Assembly (NCBI GenBank): GCA_964016885.1
Contig: OZ024743.1
Span: 345,154,001-345,218,000 of the forward strand
Direction of reading: 5' to 3'
DNA: 64,000 nucleotides
Origin: Eledone cirrhosa
Lineage: Eukaryota
In this document: positions 1 through 15,000 of the stretch, piece by piece
Layout of the letters: each line of letters begins with the position of its first letter
Numbering within the stretch: the stretch's first letter is position 1
Position numbers and translations under genes: made by a program
The notes under the pieces: model-generated
The model's input: the letters and a program-made list of their open reading frames with translations, nothing else
What the model was told of the DNA's origin: nothing
Database searches by the model: none

Positions 1-3000
1 GTTGTATATGTATGTCTATGTATTTATGTCTGTATGTGGGTGTTGTATATGTATGTCTATGTATTTATGTCTGTATGTGGGTGTTGTATATGTATGTCTC
101 AGTATGTATGTCTGTATGTGGGTGTAGTATATGTATGTCTATGTATTTATGTCTGTATGTGGGTGTTGTATATGTATGTCTCTGTATGTATGTCTGTATG
201 TGGGCGTTGTATTTGTATGTCTCTCTATGTATGTCAGTATGTGGGTGTTGTATATGTATGTCTATGTATGCATGTCAGTATGTGGGTGTTGTATTTGTAT
301 GTCTCTCTATGTATGTCAGTATGTGGGTGTTGTATATGTATGTCTATTTATGCATGTCAGTATGTGGGTGTTGTATTTGTATGTCTCTCTATGTATGTCA
401 GTATGTGGGTGTTGTATATGTATGTCTCTGTATGTATGTCAGTATGTGGGTGTTGTATAATGTATGTCTATGTATGTATGTCTGTATGTGGGTGTTGTAT
501 ATGTATGTCTATATATGTATGTCTGTATGTGGGTGTTGTATATGTACGTCTATGTATGTATGTCTGTATGTGGGTGTTGTATATGTATGTCTCTGTATGT
601 ATGTCTGTATGTGGGTGTTGTATATGTATTTCTCTGTATGTATGTCAGTATGTGTGTGTTGTATATGTATATCTATGTATGTATGTCAGTATGTGTATGT
701 ATGTCTGTATGTGTGTGTTGTATATATATGTCTCTGTATGTATGTCTGTATGTGGGTGTTGTATATGTATGTCTATGTATGTATGTCTGTATGTGGGTGT
801 TGTATATGTATGTCTATGTATGTATGTCTGTATGTGGGTGTTGTATATGTATGTCTATGTATGTATGTCTGTATGTGGGTGTTGTATATGTATGTCTATG
901 TCTGTATGCGGGTGTTGTATATGTATGTCTGTATGTGGGTGTTGTATATGTATGTCTCTGTATGTATGTCTGTATGTGGGTGTTGTATATGTATGTCTAT
1001 GTATGTATGTCTGTATGTGGGTGTTGTATATGTATGTCTATGTATGTATGTCTGTATGTGGGTGTTGTATATGTATGTCTATGTATGTATGTCTGTATGT
1101 GGGTGTTGTATATGTATGTCTGTATGTGGGTGTTGTATATATATGTCTATGTATGTATGTCTGTATGTGGGTGTTGTATATGTATGTCTCTGTATGTATG
1201 TCTGTATGTGGGTGTTGTATATGTATGTCTATGTATGTATGTCAGTATGTGGGTGTTGTATATGTATGTCTATGTATGTATGTCAGTATGTGGGTGTAGT
1301 ATATGTATGTCTCTCTATGTATGTCAGTATGTGGGTGTTGTATTTGTATGTCAATGTATGTATGTCTGTATGTGGGTGTTGTATATGTATGTCTCTGTAT
1401 GTATGTCTCTGTATGTATGTCTGTATGTGGGTGTTGTATTTGTATGTCAATGTATGTATGTCTGTATGTGGGTGTTGTGTATGTATGTCTATGTATGTAT
1501 GTCTGTATGTGGGTGTTGTATATGTATGTCTCTGTATGTATGTCAGTATGTGGGTGTTGTGTATGTACGTCTATGTATGTATGTCTGTATGTGTGTTTTG
1601 TATATGTATGTCTCTGTATGTATGTTTGTATGTGGGTGTTGTATATGTATGTCTTTTTATTTATGTCTGTATGTGTGTGTTGTATAAGTATGTCTCTGTA
1701 TGTATGTCAGCATGTGGGTGTTGTATATGTATGTTTATGTATGTATGTCTGTATGTGGGTGTTGTATATGTATGTCTATGTATGTATGTCTGTATGTGGG
1801 TGTTGTATATGTATGTCTATGTATGTATGTCTGTATGTGGGTGTTGTATATGTATGTCTATGTATGTATGTATGTATGTGGGTGTTGTATATGTATGTCT
1901 ACGTATGTATGTCTGTATGTGGGTGTTTTATATGTATGTCTATGTATGTATGTCTGTATGTGGGTGTTGTATATGTATGTCTATGTATGTATGTCTGTAT
2001 GTGGGTGTTGTATATGTATGTCTTTGTATGTATGTCAGTATGTGGGTGTTGTATATGTATGGCTATGTATGTATGTCAGTATGTGTGTGTTGTATACGTA
2101 TGTCTATGTATGTATGTCTGTATGTGGGTGTTGTATATGTATGTCTCTGTATGTATGTCAGTATGTGGGTGTTGTATATGTATGTCTATGTATATATGTC
2201 AGTATGTGGGTGTTGTATATGTATGTCTATGTATGCATGTCTGTATGTGGGTGTTGTATATGTATGTCTATGTATGTATGCCTGTATGTGGGTGTTGTAT
2301 ATGTATGTCTATGTATGTATGTCTGTATGTGGGTGTTGTATATGTATGTCTATGTATGTATGTCAGTATGTGGGTGTTGTATATGTATGTCTATGTATGT
2401 ATGTCTGTAGGTGGGTGTTGTATATGTATGTCTATATATGTATGTCTGTATGTGGGTGTTGTATATGTACGTCTATGTATGTATGTCTGTATGTGGGTGT
2501 TGTATATGTATGCCTCTGTATGTATGTCTGTATGTGGGTGTTGTATATGTATTTCTCTGTATGTATGTCAGTATGTGTGTGTTGTATATGTATGTCTATG
2601 TATGTATGTCAGTATGTGTATGTATGTCTGTATGTGTGTGTTGTATATATATGTCTCTGTATGTATGTCTGTATGTGGGTGTTGTATATGTATGTCTATG
2701 TATGTATGTCTGTATGTGGGTGTTGTATATGTATGTCTATGTATGTATGTCTGTATGTGGGTGTTGTATATGTATGTCTATGTATGTATGTCTGTATGTG
2801 GGTTTTGTATATGTATGTCTATGTATGTATGTCTGTATGTGGGTGTTGTATATGTATGTCTATGTCTGTATGTGGGTGTTGTATATGTATGTCTGTATGT
2901 GGGTGTTGTATATGTATGTCTCTGTATGTATGTCTGTATGTGGGAGTTGTATATGTATGTCTATGTATGTATGTCTGTATGTGGGTGTTGTATATGTATG

Positions 3001-6000
3001 TCTATGTATGTATGTCTTTATGTGGGTGTTGTATATGTATGTCTATGTATGTATGTCTGTATGTGGGTGTTGTATATGTATGTCTGTATGTGGGTGTTGT
3101 ATATGTATGTCTATGTATGTATGTCTGTATGTGGGTGTTGTATATGTATGTCTATGTATGTATGTCTGTATGTGGGTGTTGTATATGTATGTCTATGTAT
3201 GTATGTCAGTATGTGGGTGTTTTATATGTATGTCTATGTATGTATGTCAGTATGTGGGTGTTGTATATGTATGTCTCTGTATGTATGTCAGTATGTGGGT
3301 GTTGTATTTGTATGTCAATGTATGTATGTCTGTATGTGGGTGTTGTATATGTATGTCTCTGTATGTATGTCTGTATGTGGGTGTTGTATATGTATGTCTA
3401 TGTATGTATGTCAGTATGTGGGTGTTGTATATGTATGTCTCAGTATGTATGTCTGTATGTTGGTGTTGTATATGTATGTCTATGTATGTATGTCAGTATG
3501 TGGGTGTTGTATATGTATGTCTATGTATGTATGTCAGTATGTGGGTGTTGTATTTGTATGTCTCTCTATGTATGTCAGTATGTGGGTGTTGTATATGTAT
3601 CTCTATGTATGTATGTCAGTATGTGGGTGTTGTATATGTATGTCTATGTATGTATGTCAGTATGTGGGTGTTGTATATGTATGTCTATGTATGCATGTCT
3701 GTATGTGGGTGTTGTATATGTATGTCTATGTATGCATGTCTGTATGTGGGTGTTGTATATGTATGTCTATGTATGCATGTCTGTATGTGGGTGTTGTATA
3801 TGTATGTCTATGTATGTATGTCTGTATGTGGGTGATGTATATGTATGTCTCTGTATGTATGTCAGTATGTGGGTGTTGTATATGTATGTCTATGTATGTA
3901 TGTCTGTATGTGTGTGTTGTATATGTATGTCTCTGTATGTATGTCTGTATGTGGGTGTTGTATATGTATGTCTATGTATTTATGTCTGTATGTGTGTGTT
4001 TTATAAGTATGTCTCTGTATGTATGTCAGTATGTGGGTATTGTTTATGTATGTCTATGTATGTATGTCTGTATGTGGGTGTTGTATATGTATGTCTATGT
4101 ATTTATGTCTGTATGTGGGTGTTGTATATGTATGTCTATGTATGTATGTCAGTATGTGGGTGTTGTATATGTATGTCTATGTATGCATGTCTGTATGTGG
4201 GTGTTGTATATGTATGTCTATGTATGTATGTCTGTATGTGGGTGTTGTATATGTATGTCTATGTATGTATGTCTGTATGTGGGTGTTTTATATGTATGTC
4301 TATGTATGTATGTCAGTATGTGGGTGTTGTATATGTATGTCTATGTATGTATGTCTGTATGTGGGTGTTGTATATGTATCTCTATATATGTATGTCTGTA
4401 TGTGGGTGTTGTATATGTACGTCTATGTATGTATGTCTGTATGTGGGTGTTGTATATGTATGTCTCTGTATGTATGTCTGTATGTGGGTGTTGTATATGT
4501 ATTTCTCTGTATGTATGTCAGTATGTGGGTGTTGTATATATATGTCTCTGTATGTATGTCTGTATGTGTGTGTTGTATATGTATGTCTATGTATGTATGT
4601 CAGTATGTGTATGTATGTCTGTATGTGTGTGTTGTATATATATGTCTCTGTATGTATGTCTGTATGTGGGTGTTGTATATGTATGTCTATGTATGTATGT
4701 CTGTATGTGGGTGTTGTATATATATGTCTCTGTATGTATGTCTGTATGTGGGTGTTGTATATGTATGTCTATCTATGTATGTCTGTATGTGGGTGTTGTA
4801 TATGTATGTCTATGTATGTATGTCTGTATGTGGGTGTTGTATATGTATGTCTATGTCTGTATGTGGGTGTTGTATATGTATGTCTATGTATGTATGTCTG
4901 TATGTGGGTGTTGTATATGTATGTCTATGTATGTATGTCTGTATGTGGGTGTTGTATATCTATGTCTATTTATGTATGTCTGTATGTGGGTGTTGTATAT
5001 GTATGTCTATGTATGTATGTCTGTATGTGGGTGTTGTATATGTATGTCTGTATGTGGGCGTTGTATATGTATGTCTATGTATGTATGTCTGTATGTGGGT
5101 GTTGTATATGTATGTCTATGTATGTATGTCTGTATGTGGGTGTTGTATATGTATGTCTATGTATGTATGTCAGTATGTGGGTGTTTTATATGTATGTCTA
5201 TGTATGTATGTCAGTATGTGGGTGTTGTATATGTATGTCTCTGTATGTATGTCAGTATGTGGGTGTTGTATATGTATGTCTCTGTATGTATGTCTGTATG
5301 TGGGTGTTGTATATGTATGTCTATGTATGTATGTCAGTATGTGGGTGTTTTATATGTATGTCTATGTATGTATGTCAGTATGTGGGTGTTGTATATGTAT
5401 GTCTCTGTATGTATGTCAGTATGTGGGTGTTGTATATGTATGTCTCTGTATGTATGTCTGTATGTGGGTGTTGTATTTGTATGTCTCTCTATGTATGTCA
5501 GTATGTGGGTGTTGTATATGTATGTCTATGTATGCATGTCAGTATGTGGGTTTTGTATTTGTATGTCTCTCTATGTATGTCAGTATGTGGGTGTAGTATA
5601 TGTATGTCTCTGTATGTATGTCTGTATGTGGGTGTTGTATATGTATGTCTATGTATGTATGTCAGTATGTGGGTGTTGTATATGTATGTCTATGTATGCA
5701 TGTCTGTATGTGGGTGTTGTATATGTATGTCTATGTATGTATGTCTGTATGTGGGTGTTGTATATGTATGTCTATGTATGTATGTCTGTATGTGGGTGTT
5801 TTATATGTATGTCTATGTATGTATGTCAGTATGTGGGTGTTGTATATGTATGTCTATGTATGTATGTCTGTATGTGGGTGTTGTATATGTATGTCTATAT
5901 ATGTATGTCTGTATGTGCGTGTTGTATATGTACGTCTATGTATGTATGTCTGTATGTGGGTGTTGTATATGTATGTCTCTGTATGTATGTCTGTATGTGG

Positions 6001-9000
6001 GTGTTGTATATGTATTTCTCTGTATGTATGTCAGTATGTGTGTGTTGTATATGTATGTCTATGTATGTATGTCAGTATGTGTATGTATGTCTGTATGTGT
6101 GTGTTGTATATATATGTCTCTGTATGTATGTCTGTATGTGGGTGTTGTATATGTATGTCTATGTATGTATGTCTGTATGTGGGTGTTGTATATATATGTC
6201 TCTGTATGTATGTCTGTATGTGGGTGTTGTATATGTATGTCTATCTATGTATGTCTGTATGTGGGTGTTGTATATGTATGTCTATGTATGTATGTCTGTA
6301 TGTGGGTGTTGTATATGTATGTCTCTGTATGTATGTCTGTATGTGGGTGTTGTATATGTATGTCTATGTATGTATGTCTGTATGTGGGTGTTGTATATGT
6401 ATGTCTGTATGTGGGTGTTGTATATGTATGTCTCTGTATGTATGTCTGTATGTGGGTGTTGTATATGTATGTCTCTGTATGTATGTCTGTATGTGGGTGT
6501 TGTATATGTATGTCTGTATGTGGGTGTTGTATATGTATGTCTCTGTATGTATGTCTGTATGTGGGTGTTGTATATGTATGTCTCTGTATGTATGTCTGTA
6601 TGTGGGTGTTGTATATGTATGTCTATGTATGTATGTCTGTATGTGGGTGTTGTATATCTATGTCTATTTATGTATGTCTGTATGTGGGTGTTGTATATGT
6701 ATGTCTATGTATGTATGTCTGTATGTGGGTGTTGTATATGTATGTCTGTATGTGGGCGTTGTATATGTATGTCTATGTATGTATGTCTGTATGTGGGTGT
6801 TGTATATGTATGTCTATGTATGTATGTCTGTATGTGGGTGTTGTATATGTATGTCTATGTATGTATGTCAGTATGAGGGTGTTTTATATGTATGTCTATG
6901 TATGTATGTCAATATGTGGGTGTTGTATATGTATGTCTCTGTATGTATGTCAGTATGTGGGTGTTGTATATGTATGTCTCTGTATGTATGTCTGTATGTG
7001 GGTGTTGTATATGTATGTCTATGTATGTATGTCAGTATGTGGGTGTTGTATATGTATGTCTCTGTATGTATGTCTGTATGTTGGTGTTGTATATGTATGT
7101 CTATGTATGCATGTCAGTATGTGGGTGTTGTATATGTATGTCTATGTATGTATGTCAGTATGTGGGTGTTGTATATGTATGTCTATGTATGTATGTCAGT
7201 ATGTGGGTGTTGTATATGTATGTCTATGTATGTATGTCAGTATGTGGGTGTAGTATATGTATGTCTCTGTATGTATGTCAGTATGTGGGTGTTGTATTTG
7301 TATGTCAATGTATGTATGTCTGTATGTGGGTGTTGTATATGTATGTCTATGTCTGTATGTCTGTATGTGGGTGTTGTATAAGTATGTCTCTGTATGTATG
7401 TCAGTATGTGGGTATTGTTTATGTATGTCTATGTATGTATGTCTGTATGTGGGTGTTGTATATGTATGTCTATGTATTTATGTCTGTATGTGGGTGTTGT
7501 ATATGTATGTCTATGTATATATGTCTGTATGTGGGTGTTGTATATGTATGTCTCAGTATGTATGTCTGTATGTGGGTGTAGTATATGTATGTCTATGTAT
7601 TTATGTCTGTATGTGGGTGTTGTATATGTATGTCTCTGTATGTATGTCTGTATGTGGGTGTTGTATATGTATGTCTCTCTATGTATGTCAGTATGTGGGT
7701 GTTGTATATGTATGTCTATGTATGCATGTCAGTATGTGGGTTTTGTATTTGTATGTCTCTCTATGTATGTCAGTATGTGGGTGTTGTATATGTATGTCTA
7801 TGTATGCATGTCTGTATGTGGGTGTTGTATATGTATGTCTATGTATGTATGTCTGTATGTGGGTGTTGTATATGTATGTCTATGTATGTATGTCTGTATG
7901 TGGGTGTTTTATATGTATGTCTATGTATGTATGTCAGTATGTGGGTGTTGTATATGTATGTCTATGTATGTATGTCTGTATGTGGGTGTTGTATATGTAT
8001 GTCTATATATGTATGTCTGTATGTGGGTGTTGTATATGTACGTCTATGTATGTATGTCTGTATGTGGGTGTTGTATATGTATGTCTCTGTATGTATGTCT
8101 GTATGTGGGTGTTGTATATGTATTTCTCTGTATGTATGTCAGTATGTGTGTGTTGTATATGTATGTCTATGTATGTATGTCAGTATGTGTATGTATGTCT
8201 GTATGTGTGTGTTGTATATATATGTCTCTGTATGTATGTCTGTATGTGGGTGTTGTATATGTATGTCTATGTATGTATGTCTGTATGTGGGTGTTGTATA
8301 TATATGTCTCTGTATGTATGTCTGTATGTGGGTGTTGTATATGTATGTCTATCTATGTATGTCTGTATGTGGGTGTTGTATATGTATGTCTATGTATGTA
8401 TGTCTGTATGTGGGTGTTGTATATGTATGTCTATGTATGTATGTCTGTATGTGGGTGTTGTATATGTATGTCTATGTATGTATGTCTGTATGTGGGTGTT
8501 GTATATGTATGTCTATGTATGTATGTCTGTATGTGGGTGTTGTATATGTATGTCTGTATGTGGGCGTTGTATATGTATGTCTATGTATGTATGTCTGTAT
8601 GTGGGTGTTGTATATGTATGTCTCTGTATGTATGTCAGTATGTGGGTGTTGTATATGTATGTCTCTGTATGTATGTCTGTATGTGGGTGTTGTATATGTA
8701 TGTCTATGTATGTATGTCAGTATGTGGGTGTTGTATATGTATGTCTCTGTATGTATGTCTGTATGTTGGTGTTGTATATGTATGTCTATGTATGTATGTC
8801 AGTATGTGGGTGTTGTATATGTATGTCTATGTATGTATGTCAGTATGTGGGTGTAGTATATGTATGTCTCTGTATGTATGTCAGTATGTGGGTGTTGTAT
8901 TTGTATGTCAATGTATGTATGTCTGTATGTGGGTGTTGTATATGTATGTCTATGTATGTATGTCTGTATGTGTGTGTTGTATATGTATATCTCTGTATGT

Positions 9001-12000
9001 ATGTCTGTATGTGGGTGTTGTATATGTATGTCTATGTATTTATGTCTGTATGTGTGTGTTGTATAAGTATGTCTCTGTATGTATGTCAGTATGTGGGTAT
9101 TGTTTATGTATGTCTATGTATGTATGTCTGTATGTGGGTGTTGTATATGTATGTCTATGTATTTATGTCTGTATGTGGGTGTTGTATATGTATGTCTATG
9201 TATATATGTCTGTATGTGGGTGTTGTATATGTATGTCTCAGTATGTATGTCTGTATGTGGGTGTAGTATATGTATGTCTATGTATTTATGTCTGTATGTG
9301 GGTGTTGTATATGTATGTCTCTGTATGTATGTCTGTATGTGGGTGTTGTATTTGTATGTCTCTCTATGTATGTCAGTATGTGGGTGTTGTATATGTATGT
9401 CTATGTATGCATGTCAGTATGTGGGTTTTGTATTTGTATGTCTCTCTATGTATGTCAGTATGTGGGTGTTGTATATGTATGTCTATGTATGTATGTCTGT
9501 ATGTGGGTGTTGTATATGTATGTCTATGTATGTATGTCTGTATGTGGGTGTTGTATATGTATGTCTATGTATGTATGTCTGTATGTGGGTGTTTTATATG
9601 TATGTCTATGTATGTATGTCAGTATGTGGGTGTTGTATATGTATGTCTATGTATGTATGTCTGTATGTGGGTGTTGTATATGTATGTCTATATATGTATG
9701 TCTGTATGTGGGTGTTGTATATGTACGTCTATGTATGTATGTCTGTATGTGGGTGTTGTATATGTATGTCTCTGTATGTATGTCTGTATGTGGGTGTTGT
9801 ATATGTATTTCTCTGTATGTATGTCAGTATGTGTGTGTTGTATATGTATGTCTATGTATGTATGTCAGTATGTGTATGTATGTCTGTATGTGTGTGTTGT
9901 ATATATATGTCTCTGTATGTATGTCTGTATGTGGGTGTTGTATATGTATGTCTATGTATGTATGTCTGTATGTGGGTGTTGTATATATATGTCTCTGTAT
10001 GTATGTCTGTATGTGGGTGTTGTATATGTATGTCTATCTATGTATGTCTGTATGTGGGTGTTGTATATGTATGTCTATGTATGTATGTCTGTATGTGGGT
10101 GTTGTATATGTATGTCTATGTCTGTATGTGGGTGTTGTATATGTATGTCTGTATGTGGGTGTTGTATATGTATGTCTCTGTATGTATGTCTGTATGTGGG
10201 TGTTGTATATGTATGTCTATGTATGTATGTCTGTATGTGGGTGTTGTATATGTATGTCTATGTATGTATGTCTGTATGTGGGTGTTGTATATGTATGTCT
10301 ATGTATGTATGTCTGTATGTGGGTGTTGTATATGTATGTCTGTATGTGGGTGTTGTATATGTATGTCTATGTATGTATGTCTGTATGTGGGTGTTGTATA
10401 TGTATGTCTATGTATGTATGTCTGTATGTGGGTGTTGTATATGTATGTCTATGTATGTATGTCTGTATGTGGGTGTTGTATATGTATGTCTGTATGTGGG
10501 CGTTGTAGATGTATGTCTATGTATGTATGTCTGTATGTGGGTGTTGTATATGTATGTCTATGTATGTATGTCTGTATGTGGGTGTTGTATATGTATGTCT
10601 ATGTATGTATGTCAGTATGTGAGTGTTGTATATGTATGTCTCTGTATGTATGTCAGTATGTGGGTGTTGTATATGTATGTCTCTGTATGTATGTCTGTAT
10701 GTGGGTGTTGTATATGTATGTCTATGTATGTATGTCAGTATGTGGGTGTTGTATATGTATGTCTATGTATGTATGTCAGTATGTGGGTGTAGTATATGTA
10801 TGTCTCTGTATGTATGTCAGTATGTGGGTGTTGTATTTGTATGTCAATGTATGTATGTCTGTATGTGGGTGTTGTATATGTATGTCTATGTATGTATGTC
10901 TGTATGTGGGTGTCGTATATGTATGTCTCTGTATGTATGTCAGTATGTGGGTGTTGTATATGTATGTCTATGTATGTATGTCTGTATGTGTGTGTTGTAT
11001 ATGTATGTCTCTGTATGTATGTCTGTATGTGGGTGTCGTATATGTATGTCTCTGTATGTATGTCAGTATGTGGGTGTTGTATATGTATGTCTCTGTATGT
11101 ATGTCTGTATGTGTGTGTTGTATATGTATGTCTCTGTATGTATGTCTGTATGTGGGTGTCGTATATGTATGTCTCTGTATGTATGTCAGTATGTGGGTGT
11201 TGTATATGTATGTCTATGTATGTATGTCTGTATGTGGGTGTCGTATATGTATGTCTCTGTATGTATGTCAGTATGTGGGTGTTGTATATGTATGTCTATG
11301 TATGTATGTCTGTATGTGTGTGTTGTATATGTATGTCTCTGTATGTATGTCTGTATGTGGGTGTTGTATATGTATGTCTATGTATTTATGTCTGTATGTG
11401 TGTGTTGTATAAGTATGTCTCTGTATGTATGTCAGTATGTGGGTATTGTTTATGTATGTCTATGTATGTATGTCTGTATGTGGGTGTTGTATATGTATGT
11501 CTATGTATTTATGTCTGTATGTGGGTGTTGTATATGTATGTCTATGTATATATGTCTGTATGTGGGTGTTGTATATGTATGTCTCAGTATGTATGTCTGT
11601 ATGTGGGTGTAGTATATGTATGTCTCTGTATGTATGTCTGTATGTGGGTGTTGTATTTGTATGTCTCTCTATGTATGTCAGTATGTGTGTGTTGTATATG
11701 TATGTCTATGTATGCATGTCAGTATGTGGGTTTTGTATTTGTATGTCTCTCTATGTATGTCAGTATGTGGGTGTTGTATATGTATGTCTATGTATGCATG
11801 TCTGTATGTGGGTGTTGTATATGTATGTCTATGTATGCATGTCTGTATGTGGGTGTTGTATATGTATGTCTGTATGTGGGCGTTGTATATGTATGTCTAT
11901 GTATGTATGTCTGTATGTGGGTGTTGTATATGTATGTCTCTGTATGTATGTCAGTATGTGGGTGTTGTATATGTATGTCTCTGTATGTATGTCTGTATGT

Positions 12001-15000
12001 GGGTGTTGTATATGTATGTCTATGTATGTATGTCAGTATGTGGGTGTTGTATATGTATGTCTCTGTATGTATGTCTGTATGTTGGTGTTGTATATGTATG
12101 TCTATGTATGTATGTCAGTATGTGGGTGTTGTATATGTATGTCTATGTATGTATGTCAGTATGTGGGTGTAGTATATGTATGTCTCTGTATGTATGTCAG
12201 TATGTGGGTGTTGTATTTGTATGTCAATGTATGTATGTCTGTATGTGGGTGTTGTATATGTATGTCTATGTATGTATGTCTGTATGTGTGTGTTGTATAT
12301 GTATATCTCTGTATGTATGTCTGTATGTGGGTGTTGTATATGTATGTCTATGTATTTATGTCTGTATGTGTGTGTTGTATAAGTATGTCTCTGTATGTAT
12401 GTCAGTATGTGGGTATTGTTTATGTATGTCTATGTATGTATGTCTGTATGTGGGTGTTGTATATGTATGTCTATGTATTTATGTCTGTATGTGGGTGTTG
12501 TATATGTATGTCTATGTATATATGTCTGTATGTGGGTGTTGTATATGTATGTCTCAGTATGTATGTCTGTATGTGGGTGTAGTATATGTATGTCTATGTA
12601 TTTATGTCTGTATGTGGGTGTTGTATATGTATGTCTCTGTATGTATGTCTGTATGTGGGTGTTGTATTTGTATGTCTCTCTATGTATGTCAGTATGTGGG
12701 TGTTGTATATGTATGTCTATGTATGCATGTCAGTATGTGGGTTTTGTATTTGTATGTCTCTCTATGTATGTCAGTATGTGGGTGTTGTATATGTATGTCT
12801 ATGTATGTATGTCTGTATGTGGGTGTTGTATATGTATGTCTATGTATGTATGTCTGTATGTGGGTGTTGTATATGTATGTCTATGTATGTATGTCTGTAT
12901 GTGGGTGTTTTATATGTATGTCTATGTATGTATGTCAGTATGTGGGTGTTGTATATGTATGTCTATGTATGTATGTCTGTATGTGGGTGTTGTATATGTA
13001 TGTCTATATATGTATGTCTGTATGTGGGTGTTGTATATGTACGTCTATGTATGTATGTCTGTATGTGGGTGTTGTATATGTATGTCTCTGTATGTATGTC
13101 TGTATGTGGGTGTTGTATATGTATTTCTCTGTATGTATGTCAGTATGTGTGTGTTGTATATGTATGTCTATGTATGTATGTCAGTATGTGTATGTATGTC
13201 TGTATGTGTGTGTTGTATATATATGTCTCTGTATGTATGTCTGTATGTGAGTGTTGTATATGTATGTCTATGTATGTATGTCTGTATGTGGGTGTTGTAT
13301 ATATATGTCTCTGTATGTATGTCTGTATGTGGGTGTTGTATATGTATGTCTATCTATGTATGTCTGTATGTGGGTGTTGTATATGTATGTCTATGTATGT
13401 ATGTCTGTATGTGGGTGTTGTATATGTATGTCTATGTCTGTATGTGGGTGTTGTATATGTATGTCTGTATGTGGGTGTTGTATATGTATGTCTCTGTATG
13501 TATGTCTGTATGTGGGTGTTGTATATGTATGTCTATGTATGTATGTCTGTATGTGGGTGTTGTATATGTATGTCTATGTATGTATGTCTGTATGTGGGTG
13601 TTGTATATGTATGTCTATGTATGTATGTCTGTATGTGGGTGTTGTATATGTATGTCTGTATGTGGGTGTTGTATATGTATGTCTATGTATGTATGTCTGT
13701 ATGTGGGTGTTGTATATGTATGTCTATGTATGTATGTCTGTATGTGGGTGTTGTATATGTATGTCTATGTATGTATGTCTGTATGTGGGTGTTGTATATG
13801 TATGTCTGTATGTGGGCGTTGTAGATGTATGTCTATGTATGTATGTCTGTATGTGGGTGTTGTATATGTATGTCTATGTATGTATGTCTGTATGTGGGTG
13901 TTGTATATGTATGTCTATGTATGTATGTCAGTATGTGAGTGTTGTATATGTATGTCTCTGTATGTATGTCAGTATGTGGGTGTTGTATATGTATGTCTCT
14001 GTATGTATGTCTGTATGTGGGTGTTGTATATGTATGTCTATGTATGTATGTCAGTATGTGGGTGTTGTATATGTATGTCTATGTATGTATGTCAGTATGT
14101 GGGTGTAGTATATGTATGTCTCTGTATGTATGTCAGTATGTGGGTGTTGTATTTGTATGTCAATGTATGTATGTCTGTATGTGGGTGTTGTATATGTATG
14201 TCTATGTATGTATGTCTGTATGTGGGTGTCGTATATGTATGTCTCTGTATGTATGTCAGTATGTGGGTGTTGTATATGTATGTCTATGTATGTATGTCTG
14301 TATGTGTGTGTTGTATATGTATGTCTCTGTATGTATGTCTGTATGTGGGTGTCGTATATGTATGTCTCTGTATGTATGTCAGTATGTGGGTGTTGTATAT
14401 GTATGTCTCTGTATGTATGTCTGTATGTGTGTGTTGTATATGTATGTCTCTGTATGTATGTCTGTATGTGGGTGTCGTATATGTATGTCTCTGTATGTAT
14501 GTCAGTATGTGGGTGTTGTATATGTATGTCTATGTATGTATGTCTGTATGTGGGTGTCGTATATGTATGTCTCTGTATGTATGTCAGTATGTGGGTGTTG
14601 TATATGTATGTCTATGTATGTATGTCTGTATGTGTGTGTTGTATATGTATGTCTCTGTATGTATGTCTGTATGTGGGTGTTGTATATGTATGTCTATGTA
14701 TTTATGTCTGTATGTGTGTGTTGTATAAGTATGTCTCTGTATGTATGTCAGTATGTGGGTATTGTTTATGTATGTCTATGTATGTATGTCTGTATGTGGG
14801 TGTTGTATATGTATGTCTATGTATTTATGTCTGTATGTGGGTGTTGTATATGTATGTCTATGTATATATGTCTGTATGTGGGTGTTGTATATGTATGTCT
14901 CAGTATGTATGTCTGTATGTGGGTGTAGTATATGTATGTCTCTGTATGTATGTCTGTATGTGGGTGTTGTATTTGTATGTCTCTCTATGTATGTCAGTAT